Of a DNA stretch of 64,000 nucleotides, positions 28,104 to 36,197 are shown piece after piece. Both the position numbers and the translations under genes were made by a program. The notes beneath the pieces were generated by a model. The model was given only the letters and a program-made list of their open reading frames with translations. It searched no databases and was not told the origin of the DNA. The stretch lies in IMG/VR virus record IMGVR_UViG_3300020060_000009. The stretch is one strand, 5' to 3'. Numbering within the stretch: the stretch's first letter is position 1; each line of letters starts with the position of its first letter. The stretch is from a virus (taxonomy: Duplodnaviria; Heunggongvirae; Uroviricota; Caudoviricetes).

Positions 28104-28180
28104 TGGCTGGAAAGGTAGGGGTCGAACCTACGAATTTTCTGGTTCAGAGCCAGGTGCCTTGCCTACTTGGCCACTTTCCA
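28104..28180 (-). tRNA. tRNA-Gln (anticodon CUG)
   Basis: Anticodon loop CTCTGAA flanked by CTGG/CCAG. T-loop GGTTCGACCCC. CCA encoded. Confidence 0.6.
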
Positions 28181-28621
28181 TTATTTAAATAAGTTATTAG
28201 CGACTACTACAATAATTGATATTATCGCAACTGCTGCTGCAATCGCACCGTATATTCTACCTACTGTTAGCTGGGAGCCTTTAGCCTTACCATCAGATAT
28301 ATTAATTCTGTCTGTAAGATCGCTTAACTTGCCTTCTAATGCTTTATGCTGAACAGTATATTCCTGCCTTGGCATTAAAGTACTAGATTGGTCTGCTAGT
28401 TGAGCTCTGAACTCATTAACGCTCTCAAATCGTTTCTCAGTAGAAACTTCTGCTTTATTAATAGCTTCTTTTGTTGCAGCTAAAGCAGCAGCTACTGCTT
28501 TCTCTTGCGATACAAGCGCAGCATCTATAGCTTTTTGATTATCTTCAAACCGTTGAGCGACATACTCTTTTAGAGTATCTACTGTCCAACCACTTTCATT
28601 TTTTTGTGTTTCACCTGACAT
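28181..28621 (-). CDS. coiled-coil protein with C-terminal membrane anchor
   Basis: 146 aa with a long Ala/Glu/Lys-rich helical region, then GAIAAAVAIISIIVVV TM. Embedded in the tRNA array. Confidence 0.45.
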   Translation of the reverse strand: MSGETQKNESGWTVDTLKEYVAQRFEDNQKAIDAALVSQEKAVAAALAATKEAINKAEVSTEKRFESVNEFRAQLADQSSTLMPRQEYTVQHKALEGKLSDLTDRINISDGKAKGSQLTVGRIYGAIAAAVAIISIIVVVANNLFK

Positions 28622-28651
28622 ATATACTCTAAGTATATAGGAAAGCTAATT

Positions 28652-28730
28652 TGGGGTGTAGAACGAGAATCGGACTCGCATCTCCTCCTTCACAGGGAGG
28701 CGCTTGCAACCAGTAAGCTACCTACAACAT
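28652..28730 (-). tRNA. tRNA-His (anticodon GUG)
   Basis: Anticodon stem CCTCC/GGAGG with loop CTGTGAA. Extra 5' G(-1) opposite C73, typical of tRNA-His. T-loop TCCGATT. Confidence 0.55.
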
Positions 28731-28733
28731 ATA

Positions 28734-28826
<93 letters not shown>

Positions 28827-28845
28827 TTTGGTGTGCCAGGTGGGA

Positions 28846-29241
28846 CTAATAACCAGTTTTTAAGTAAATTTCTCTACGTTTTTCTGGTGTATAAGCCTTT
28901 CTTCGACACGCTGATTTTGCGTCTCGGCAAGGCTGGCAATGACAACCTCTGTTGTACATTCCAATCTGACCATGATCTGCTAATATTTTCCTTGATGCTG
29001 CGACATTACAAGGCAGGTGGCTATAACCTATATTCTCCAAGTCAAAAAATAATTTGATTGGGTCTTCGCTATCTAACCAAGGTTCCATATGCTCTATAGA
29101 AAATGTTTCTCTATCTAGTGGCTTTTTACACCTGTAGCATACATGACCAGCTTTAACGGCAAAGTCGAATAATAAGTCTTTTAACAGCCGACCATTAGCT
29201 GTGCTAGGATTCATTCCTAGCTGTTCTTTCTTTTTGTCCAT
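28846..29241 (-). CDS. HNH homing endonuclease
   Basis: CYRCKKP...HMEP...N...H motif with flanking Cys pairs (CHCQPC). Lies between tRNA genes. Confidence 0.65.
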   Translation of the reverse strand: MDKKKEQLGMNPSTANGRLLKDLLFDFAVKAGHVCYRCKKPLDRETFSIEHMEPWLDSEDPIKLFFDLENIGYSHLPCNVAASRKILADHGQIGMYNRGCHCQPCRDAKSACRRKAYTPEKRREIYLKTGY

Positions 29242-29319
29242 AACAATCCTCGGATGTTTATTTTGGTTATTAATTTAATTATAACCTTTTCCGATTCTTG
29301 TCAAGGAAATGGTGGCCTC

Positions 29320-29396
29320 AGATGGACTCGAACCATCAGTCCCGAAGGATGGGAGGTTTAAGCTCCCTGCGTGAACCGTTTCGCCATGAAGCCATA
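29320..29396 (-). tRNA. tRNA-Leu (anticodon UAA), type II
   Basis: Anticodon stem GGGAG/CTCCC with plus-strand loop gtttaag. Long variable arm. CCA encoded. Confidence 0.6.
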
Positions 29397-29483
29397 TGGT
29401 GGGTCGTGAGAGACTCGAACTCTCAAGCCCTTGCGGGCAATAGGTTCTAAACCTATCGTGTATACCATTCCACCAACAACCCG
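29397..29483 (-). tRNA. tRNA-Leu (anticodon UAG), type II
   Basis: Acceptor GGGTTGT/ACGACCC. Anticodon stem ATAGG/CCTAT with loop TTTAGAA. Variable arm GCCCGCAAGGGC. T-loop TTCGAGT. Confidence 0.6.
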
Positions 29484-29572
29484 TGTGGTGCGCTTAGCTG
29501 GACTCGAACCAGCATGAGCTCTCGCTCGGACGCTTTTGAAGCGCCTGGGTCTACCTCTTCCCCCATAAACAC
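29484..29572 (-). tRNA. tRNA-Leu (anticodon CAA), type II
   Basis: Anticodon stem GGCGC/GCGTC with loop TTCAAAA. Variable arm GAGCGAGAGCTC. D-loop AGGTAGAC. Confidence 0.55.
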
Positions 29573-29624
29573 ATGTTTGTTAAAGACTCTTGACCATTTT
29601 ACCTGGCATATTTTCTCTTTCTTT

Positions 29625-29698
29625 TGGAGCGCCATACTGGAATCTAACCAGTTTAAACCGCTTTGCAGGCGGACGCGTGGACATTCCGCCAATGACGC
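29625..29698 (-). tRNA. tRNA-Cys (anticodon GCA)
   Basis: Acceptor GCGTCAT/ATGGCGC. Anticodon loop CTGCAAA. T-loop TTAGATT. Confidence 0.6.
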
Positions 29699-29782
29699 AT
29701 ATTTTATCTTGATTCCTCCGCTTATCCTTTAGGGATAGCTTGCTGATGTTTCATTGGGCGCAAGACGCGCGGAAGTTATTTT

Positions 29783-29860
29783 GGTGGCATCGGAAGGTTT
29801 CGCGCCCTCGACCCCCTGTGCTTCAAACAGGTGCTCTAACTATCTGAGCTACAATGCCAT
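29783..29860 (-). tRNA. tRNA-Phe (anticodon GAA) with atypical T-loop
   Basis: Acceptor GGCATTG/CGATGCC. Anticodon stem CCTGT/ACAGG with loop TTGAAGC. T-loop reads CGCGAAA instead of the canonical TTCGAAT. Confidence 0.5.
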
Positions 29861-29865
29861 AATTT

Positions 29866-29942
29866 GGTCGGGATAGTAGGAGTCGAACCTACCGCTTGAG
29901 ACGTCCAAGGTCCCCGTCACGCCTCGCAACTTCACCCCGATA
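29866..29942 (-). tRNA. tRNA-Pro (anticodon UGG)
   Basis: Anticodon stem GGGAC/GTCTC with loop CTTGGAC. T-arm GTAGGTTCGACTCCTAC. Confidence 0.55.
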
Positions 29943-29944
29943 TT

Positions 29945-30030
29945 TATTTGAACTTAGTCGAGATCGTCGGACTTGGACCGACATCGCCAGTCCCCGTGAC
30001 TGGTGTTCTTCTTAAACTATCTCTCGTTAT
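29945..30030 (-). tRNA. tRNA-like element, probable pseudo-tRNA
   Basis: T-arm-like GTCGG-TCCAAGT-CCGAC and a 5-bp anticodon-like stem CCAGT/ACTGG with loop CACGGGG (no U33). No encoded CCA, and two acceptor mismatches. Confidence 0.3.
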
Positions 30031-30031
30031 T

Positions 30032-30108
30032 TGGCTCCCAGTGTTGGAATCGAACCAACCGCCTTGACGTTAACAGCGTCCTGCACTACCGATGTGCTGA
30101 CTGGGAAT
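30032..30108 (-). tRNA. tRNA-Asn (anticodon GUU)
   Basis: Plus-strand T-arm gttggaatcgaaccaac and anticodon stem gacg/cgtc with loop ttaacag. Confidence 0.6.
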
Positions 30109-30204
30109 ATTTAGACACCCCGTGGAACTTGACATCCACATCTTCATCTATGTTACTTTGCTAGCGTTCACATAGGGTTGTTTTCTTTAAACTATGGGGC
30201 ATAT

Positions 30205-30282
30205 TTGGCGGACTGTACGAGACTCGGACTCGTTTCATCTCCGTGACAGGGAGACGTGTTACCCATATACTAACAATCCATA
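30205..30282 (-). tRNA. tRNA-Asp (anticodon GUC)
   Basis: Acceptor GGATTGT/ACAGTCC. Anticodon stem TCTCC/GGAGA with loop CTGTCAC. Confidence 0.6.
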
Positions 30283-30285
30283 TTT

Positions 30286-30362
30286 GGCAGGGAATGTAAG
30301 AATCTAACTCACGCCAAGAGGTTTGGAAGCTCTTGTGCTAACATTACACCAATCCCCTATAT
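30286..30362 (-). tRNA. tRNA-Trp (anticodon CCA)
   Basis: Anticodon loop TTCCAAA. T-loop GTTAGATTC. Acceptor AGGGGAT/ATTCCCT. A C-C mismatch closes the anticodon stem. Confidence 0.5.
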
Positions 30363-30363
30363 T

Positions 30364-30466
30364 TGGTGGAGGACTTTTCGTGGTATCCCCCGTTGAATGT
30401 GACATTTACAGTACACAAGGAACTGTAAACCGTTACTGTCTAGAACAGCACCAAAGTCCGAAGACT
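30364..30466 (-). ncRNA. tRNA-like structured RNA with 3' CCACCA
   Basis: 5' GGACTTT pairs with 3' AAAGTCC-T-CCACCA. Internal 8-bp hairpin TTTACAGT...ACTGTAAA with a 9-nt loop. About 100 nt, no canonical T-arm. Confidence 0.3.
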
Positions 30467-30829
30467 TTATATACATAACCTCGCAGACGGCTAGCTAATC
30501 CAACGTCTGTGACACATTGCAGCCATAGCCTGCTGTGCCTACATGTACATGACCACTCGCTACCCATCCCAGTTTCAGCACGATCAGGGTTTCACTCCCG
30601 CAACCGTCGTACATACTGGGCCAAAGCCTTGTCCGTCGTGTACTTGTATATCTATTATATCTAATTGTTAAATAAAAAGCGACCCTACATTTTTGTGGGT
30701 CGCTCGGAGATATTTTTGTTTTTCTATACTACAGTGAAAAACCTACAGCCCGAGCGCCACTAAAACTATCTGAATTATTCCAGAGTTGCGGTAGTTGATG
30801 CTGACACGATAAGTTCTTCATACTTTTAA

Positions 30830-30872
30830 TTATACACCATTATGAAAATAAACACAAGCGTTTTATTTAGTT
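30830..30872 (-). promoter_or_regulatory. conserved phage promoter on the minus strand driving tRNA array 1
   Basis: Reverse complement reads cgcTTGTGTttattttcataatggtgTATAATtaaaag (TTGTGT-N17-TATAAT), oriented towards the tRNA genes at 30466 down to 27934. Confidence 0.55.
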
Positions 30873-31070
30873 TTGTGCTTTTTCAGCTTCATCTGCTCCT
30901 GCTGATGTCTCTTCATTCGCGTAAACAGAACATAATAACGTGTAAAATAGAAGTATTTTTTCATCTGTTAAAAAGTAAAGTGCAATAGCAACAGGATAAT
31001 TCGCTCGCCAGAACCATTTTTTATAGAAGTGTTCTCTCTTCTGATATTTCTTATAAAATTTTCTAAACAT
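30867..31070 (-). CDS. small membrane protein (questionable)
   Basis: 67-aa ORF with one hydrophobic segment; its 3' end overlaps the promoter element. Confidence 0.25.
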   Translation of the reverse strand: MFRKFYKKYQKREHFYKKWFWRANYPVAIALYFLTDEKILLFYTLLCSVYANEETSAGADEAEKAQN

Positions 31071-31163
31071 GTTTATAGTATACTTGGTCGAGCCAGCGGG
31101 GGATGATCCCGTATCTCCATCTTGAGAGGATGGTGTCCTAACCGATTAGACGAAAGCTCGATA

Positions 31164-31250
31164 TGGTACTGAGGGAGGGATTCGAACCCCCGAAGTCCGA
31201 AGACATCTGGTTTACAGCCAGCTTACTTTAACCACTTGCATACCTCAGCA
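31164..31250 (-). tRNA. tRNA-Tyr (anticodon GUA), type II
   Basis: T-arm GGGGGTTCGAATCCCTCCC, long variable arm. Plus-strand anticodon stem ctgg/ccag with loop tttacag. Confidence 0.6.
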
Positions 31251-31253
31251 TAT

Positions 31254-31327
31254 TTGGTGAACCACGCGAGACTCGAACTCGCTTCTACTCCTTGAAGGGG
31301 AATCGACTTAACCCATGGTCGAGTGGT
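31254..31327 (-). tRNA. tRNA-Glu (anticodon UUC), position 33 = C
   Basis: Acceptor GGACCAC/GTGGTTC. Anticodon stem ATTCC/GGAGT with loop CCTTCAA. T-arm GCGAGTTCGAGTCTCGC. Confidence 0.5.
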
Positions 31328-31486
31328 CCAGATATTAAAAAAATCGCCTATGGGCGACTACAATTTTATGACAAAAGAAGAAGCCCTGTTATAGGTTAGA
31401 TTCTTCCTCGTAATATGTATTACTGTTTATCATATTATCTATTATAGCGTATTCAATTAAATAACACAATAGCTAAAATAAAGCTT

Positions 31487-31518
31487 GTGTTTTTAACCAC
31501 ATAGGCGCATAATTATAA
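31487..31518 (+). promoter_or_regulatory. conserved phage promoter (TTGTGT-N17-CATAAT)
   Basis: aagcTTGTGTttttaaccacataggcgCATAATtat, upstream of 31543. Confidence 0.6.
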
Positions 31519-31542
31519 GTATAAGCGAATAGAAGGGTAGAA

Positions 31543-32694
31543 ATGGCAAAAGAAAAAGCGTTAAATATGATCAGTTATCATAGTAAACTAGTGGGTGTAA
31601 CATTTGAGGGTCGTCAGGACGTCATTAAGCAATTAAAAGGTAATGAAGAACTGCGTTTCAGGCGCGAACCAGAGAACGCATACGATGCGAACGCGGTTGC
31701 TGTAGATGTATTAGTTTATACAGGTGATATCCCTAATCAAAGTTCGCTCGAAGAATGGATACCAATTGGCTATATTGCTCGTGATAAAAACTCTGATCTT
31801 GCAAAACTTCTTACAGATGGTAAACACGCAACTATAAAAATGAGTGAAATTACTGGCGGTGGCGAAGCAAGCAGCTACGGCGTTAACGTTTATATCGAAT
31901 ACGAACGAGAACGCAAATTAGAGCGTTCAGAATATGCAGTATTAGTTAAAGATTTTTTTGGCAATGAAATATTCTACGACCCTATCCTACATGAATACAC
32001 AAATCCTCTAGGAGAAGTTTATCTGTCTGGTAGTGCTTTTGCTGCCGAGCCTGAGTTTGATTCAGAGTTCTGGGCTAATGACGCAATCGAACGTTACGGT
32101 CTACCACCAGAACACAAGCAACGCATTCTTGATATGTGGAAGACAAATGGTGAGGCTTCTCGAAGCTACGGAACAGCAATCCACGCTGCAATCGAACTCT
32201 ATGGTCAATATCACGATATTGCAGATATCATAGATATGGATAAGAAAACTGGTAAACGTAAAAAGGTAGACGCTAAAACAGAAAAACATTCAGCACTCTC
32301 AAAGCTTCCTTACTTAAAAGAAGTAACATTAAATTTCTTCACAGAAGAACGTCTTAAAGAAGTTGCTTTCTATGAAGTCCTCATTGTAGATCACAAGAAC
32401 AAACGTGCTGGCCGTATTGACCGTTTGGTGATTCTTGAAGATGGACGATTTGAAATTCGTGATATGAAAACAAACTTCAAACTTGCACCAAAAGACTTAC
32501 GTGGTTATGCAAAACAGTTAAGCTTCTATGCAGATCTTGTAGTAGCTAATGGTGGTATATTGGGCGATAACCCAACTATGATTCACCATCTAAAGGATAC
32601 GCAATGGGAAGATATCAAACTAGAAAAGATTGATACTCTCGAAAAGTTTGAAGCGCCAGAATTAAATAATAATAAAAGCCTGAGTAAACAGTAA
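31543..32694 (+). CDS. HIRAN-domain protein with C-terminal PD-(D/E)xK-like nuclease region
   Basis: N-terminus VGVTFEGRQDVIKQLKGNEELRFRREPENAYDANAVAV is the HIRAN signature. C-terminal RIDRLVILEDGRFEIRDMK resembles a D...E.K restriction-like core. Confidence 0.55.
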   Translation: MAKEKALNMISYHSKLVGVTFEGRQDVIKQLKGNEELRFRREPENAYDANAVAVDVLVYTGDIPNQSSLEEWIPIGYIARDKNSDLAKLLTDGKHATIKMSEITGGGEASSYGVNVYIEYERERKLERSEYAVLVKDFFGNEIFYDPILHEYTNPLGEVYLSGSAFAAEPEFDSEFWANDAIERYGLPPEHKQRILDMWKTNGEASRSYGTAIHAAIELYGQYHDIADIIDMDKKTGKRKKVDAKTEKHSALSKLPYLKEVTLNFFTEERLKEVAFYEVLIVDHKNKRAGRIDRLVILEDGRFEIRDMKTNFKLAPKDLRGYAKQLSFYADLVVANGGILGDNPTMIHHLKDTQWEDIKLEKIDTLEKFEAPELNNNKSLSKQ

Positions 32695-33008
32695 TGAGTT
32701 TAAGTAACCCAAACAGCACATTTGAGGTTATGCTTCCGGCAAAGTATGATGAACTGACTTCTTTGCAGCGTAGAGCTGTAAGGGAGCAGTACTCTCGTCT
32801 GCAACATTGGAACTGTTTCTTTTGTAAGGCTTCGTTATTCGGTAAGCCTATTCAGAAAGTTATGGATGCAGAAATAAATTGGGCATTATTCCCAGAAAAC
32901 TTTACAAAATATCCAGTTCATTTACAACATGATCACGATACAGGATTGACCGAAGGTGCTGTTCATGCACTATGTAACGCTTATATGTGGCAATACCACA
33001 GGAGGTAA
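32694..33008 (+). CDS. endonuclease VII-like (HNH/His-Cys box) protein
   Basis: CFFCKASL...LQHDHDTGLTEGAVHALCNAY matches the T4 endo VII family core C..C...HxDHDHxTGxxRGLLCxxCN. Confidence 0.65.
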   Translation: MSLSNPNSTFEVMLPAKYDELTSLQRRAVREQYSRLQHWNCFFCKASLFGKPIQKVMDAEINWALFPENFTKYPVHLQHDHDTGLTEGAVHALCNAYMWQYHRR

Positions 33009-33014
33009 AAACAG

Positions 33015-33545
33015 ATGCAGACGATAACCGTCTGTACAGATGCAGGACATAAGAACGCTTGGAAGGACTCAGTATCAATTTGGGCGACGTACATACGAAC
33101 ACCGTCTGAAACTATACATGCTTCCGGAATAATCAAACAAAAAACCAAAGGAAGTTCTCATGCAGAACTATATGCTGTTGCTAATGCGCTTTATATCCTT
33201 AGTAAAAAATATGATTTGAGCAAATACAAATTAATCTTATATTCTGACAATCTGTACGCACTTCAAAACCACAGAGAAGGTACTCTAAAGAAGCGAAAAG
33301 CAGACAACATGAAGGTCTATAATAAATGGATTAAACCACATGTTGATAACGCTTGTGAATTTGAAACTCGACATGTTAAAGGTCACTTACCGAGATCACA
33401 ATGGGGAGCTAACCCAACAAGATTCTATATGCAGTGGTGGTGTGACAATGAAGTACACCGAATAATGAAAATAGGAGTGCAAATAGTATATGAAAAATGG
33501 AAACAAAAAAGGCTTGTGTTATTAGCGAAAAAAGAGCATAATTAA
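33015..33545 (+). CDS. rnh: RNase H
   Basis: ITVCTDAG, SSHAELYAVANALYIL and LILYSDNLYA give the D-E-D catalytic pattern in RNase HI order. The C-terminal residues are encoded by the downstream promoter sequence. Confidence 0.65.
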   Translation: MQTITVCTDAGHKNAWKDSVSIWATYIRTPSETIHASGIIKQKTKGSSHAELYAVANALYILSKKYDLSKYKLILYSDNLYALQNHREGTLKKRKADNMKVYNKWIKPHVDNACEFETRHVKGHLPRSQWGANPTRFYMQWWCDNEVHRIMKIGVQIVYEKWKQKRLVLLAKKEHN

Positions 33546-33546
33546 A
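33514..33546 (+). promoter_or_regulatory. conserved phage promoter (TTGTGT-N17-CATAAT)
   Basis: ggcTTGTGTtattagcgaaaaaagagCATAATtaaa, overlapping the 3' end of rnh. Confidence 0.55.
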
Positions 33547-33578
33547 GCATAAGAGAAAAGGCCTAAAAAGGGGATAAA

Positions 33579-34613
33579 ATGTCAAAAGTAGAAAACATTA
33601 TTAACCACATTGTATTAGTGCTTGATGCGTCAGATTCAATGACACATCTTGCAAAGGATGTAATCAAAGTAGCAGATAACCAGATTGAGTATTTGGCTCG
33701 TCGCTCTAAAGAACTCGACCAAGAAACTCGCGTTACTGTCTATTCGTTTAATACTACTTATACTCAACCTAGCAGTTATCGCTACAGCCACACTCCACAA
33801 ATTGAATGCCTTGTCTATGACAAAGACGTTCTTCGTGTGCCAAGTATTGCTGAAGTGTACAAGACTGATGGTGCTACTCCACTTATTGACGCTACTATAC
33901 TAGCTCTTGATGATTTAGCTCTTACCCCAGAGAAATATGGCGAACACTCATTCCTCGTCTACGTTCTTACCGATGGCGAGGAGAATGTCTCTAGCGCTAC
34001 TCCAGCATCTTTGAGCGCTCGTATAAATAACTTACCTGATAACTGGACACTGGCTACATTCGTACCTAACCAGGTCGGTGTTATGGAAGCAAAGCGTTTC
34101 GGGTTCCCTAAAGACAATATCGCCGTTTGGGATGCTACTAGCACCGCTGGTGTTCAAGAGATGGGTAAGCAAATCCGTGAAACTACAGAACGCTTTATGC
34201 AAGCTCGTTCTACTGGTAGCCGTGGAATCCGTAATCTATTTGCACTTGAAGACGTTAAGAGTGCTGACCTTTCTAAACTTACTGCTCTCCACTTTGGTCA
34301 GTTCCGCTTATTCGATGTTACTGAAAAGCAGCGTATTGATGAATTTGTAGAAGGTACTACAGGACGTGCCTATAAATTGGGCGAAGCTTATTACCAACTC
34401 TCTAAACCAGAGATTATCCAACCGCAAAAACAAGTTGCAATTCTTAATAAGAAAGGTCTGTTCATCGGTGACGAGGCTCGTACTATCCTTGGTCTTGGTG
34501 ATGAACATGTAAAGGTTGGCCCAAACCACAACCCTGACTACACAATCTTTATTCAAAGTACAAGTAATAACCGTAACCTAATGCCAAACACTAAACTGTT
34601 GATCTTGAGTTAA
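33579..34613 (+). CDS. von Willebrand factor A (vWA) domain protein
   Basis: MIDAS motif LVLDASDSM, plus a downstream Thr and an Asp (LTDGEEN) at canonical spacing. Confidence 0.65.
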   Translation: MSKVENIINHIVLVLDASDSMTHLAKDVIKVADNQIEYLARRSKELDQETRVTVYSFNTTYTQPSSYRYSHTPQIECLVYDKDVLRVPSIAEVYKTDGATPLIDATILALDDLALTPEKYGEHSFLVYVLTDGEENVSSATPASLSARINNLPDNWTLATFVPNQVGVMEAKRFGFPKDNIAVWDATSTAGVQEMGKQIRETTERFMQARSTGSRGIRNLFALEDVKSADLSKLTALHFGQFRLFDVTEKQRIDEFVEGTTGRAYKLGEAYYQLSKPEIIQPQKQVAILNKKGLFIGDEARTILGLGDEHVKVGPNHNPDYTIFIQSTSNNRNLMPNTKLLILS

Positions 34614-34720
34614 TATGGTTGATTCAATTATGGTCATGATGCTCTACCAACCAGCGCAATTCTTCATAGGATTAGTGATAATTTCTGCTGTTTATTTCGG
34701 AATAATATGGTTGATAGAAA

Positions 34721-34957
34721 ATGTATGGTGGAAAGATGAGTAATCCAGTCTACAAAAATGAATTTGATAAACCTGTATTTGCAGTTAATAATGCTCATAT
34801 CAAGAAACTAGCTGACGGCGCTAGAAACACTCCTTATGGAAAGCAGTACTATGAGTTGCAATTGAATATGGAATATTTCATAATTTCAGAAGACATGTTA
34901 GAAACAATATCAACAATAACTAGAGCGCCAGAGGGTGTTTCTATCTCTATAGGATAA
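34721..34957 (+). CDS. hypothetical protein
   Basis: 78-aa ORF. Confidence 0.4.
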   Translation: MYGGKMSNPVYKNEFDKPVFAVNNAHIKKLADGARNTPYGKQYYELQLNMEYFIISEDMLETISTITRAPEGVSISIG

Positions 34958-34958
34958 T

Positions 34959-35150
34959 ATGAACCCAATATCAAAAACATTATTAGGTATAGTAGCTTTT
35001 GTAATATTTATGTTGCCCGCATTAGTTATACTGTGGCTTAACCTATTACAACGACTTTCTTTTGATGGTGGCGTGTGTTTTCTAGCGAGCGTGTTATTTG
35101 TTATTGGATGTATTTTTGAAGTGTTACTTATTGTTGAGGGAGATGAATAA
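34959..35150 (+). CDS. small membrane protein
   Basis: 63 aa with two TM helices. Confidence 0.4.
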   Translation: MNPISKTLLGIVAFVIFMLPALVILWLNLLQRLSFDGGVCFLASVLFVIGCIFEVLLIVEGDE

Positions 35151-35491
35151 TGAGCGAAATGAGACATTACAAAGGAAAACTAGTTAAATTACCAAGAAGA
35201 TTTGATCAAACGCTTGAAGAACAAGCTAAAGAGCTCGTCAATGAGAAGGTACTAGAGCAGTGGAATAAAACTTATTTAGATCAGCTCCTTGACGAAGGTG
35301 ACTACAAAGAATACATGGTTATTAATGGCGACCTTTACAAGACCAAAAACCTTACAGAGAAAAATGCAGATAATGGTCTTTTTAATGCTCGAAGAATCAA
35401 CGGAAATGATTATGAATTTGAAGTTCGTTTTTACGACGGGGGATGCAGCTTAAGCGAAGCAATAAACACTGCGTTAGGGGTGACAAAATGA
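35150..35491 (+). CDS. hypothetical protein
   Basis: 113-aa ORF. Confidence 0.45.
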   Translation: MSEMRHYKGKLVKLPRRFDQTLEEQAKELVNEKVLEQWNKTYLDQLLDEGDYKEYMVINGDLYKTKNLTEKNADNGLFNARRINGNDYEFEVRFYDGGCSLSEAINTALGVTK

Positions 35492-35805
35492 GTGTAACAA
35501 TTAACGGTGAAACTTACGAAGGCAACAATATAAAAGTTGTTAATGATAAAGTTTGGATTGATGGCAAGCGTGTAGATAATGCAGAACCTAATAATAAGGG
35601 CATTCTTCAAGTCAAAGTTACTGGTACGCTCCATAATCTTGAGGCAGATGGTTCTGTCACTTGCGACAATGTTACTGGCACTGTTAAAGCAGGTGGCTCA
35701 GTAGCTTGTGACGATGTAGGTGGAAATGTACAATCTGGTGGAAGTGTTAGCTGCGACAACGTTGGGGGTTCAGTTATGGCAGGTGGTTCTGTAAGTCACG
35801 GCTGA
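35487..35805 (+). CDS. beta-helix repeat protein (bactofilin-like repeats)
   Basis: Tandem degenerate repeats GSVTCDNVTG-TVKAGGSVACDDVGG-NVQSGGSVSCDNVGG-SVMAGGSVS. Start taken at the ATG at 35487 with a GGGGTGA ribosome-binding site. Confidence 0.4.
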
Positions 35806-35844
35806 GAGGCTCTGTATGAGCTTCAAAATTAAAAAGGTAAACAT

Positions 35845-36126
35845 GTGCAGGTATTAGATAAAGACAGCTCACAGGCGCTTAAAATGCCCTCTGCGGATGA
35901 AATAGACCACATAACACCCGAAGAGCGTAAAGCTTTAATGGGATTTTGTGAAAGTGATGAAGCATGGTGGAAATTTACACGAGATGGTAGCCCTGAATTG
36001 TGCCCAATATGTGGCCATAAGCCAAGCCAACAAATTGGGTTCCAAGTTATGACTCAACGAACATTTGACCCTGTCTTACATGGCAAAAAGAAACTGAAAA
36101 ATAAAGGTGGAAAACGCTTGCGCTAA
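35845..36126 (+). CDS. hypothetical protein with Cys/His cluster
   Basis: 93 aa; CPICGHKP suggests a zinc ribbon. Confidence 0.4.
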   Translation: MQVLDKDSSQALKMPSADEIDHITPEERKALMGFCESDEAWWKFTRDGSPELCPICGHKPSQQIGFQVMTQRTFDPVLHGKKKLKNKGGKRLR

Positions 36127-36197
36127 CTCGTTTCATTCTGTATAATAGTAGTAGAGGAATTAACCTCGTACAAACTAAAAAGAATGGGAGTAAGTCA

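Noticed and set aside
29453-29732. ORFs 29453..29692 (-) and 29514..29732 (+)
   Set aside because: They lie entirely within back-to-back tRNA genes (Leu, Cys) and are spurious.
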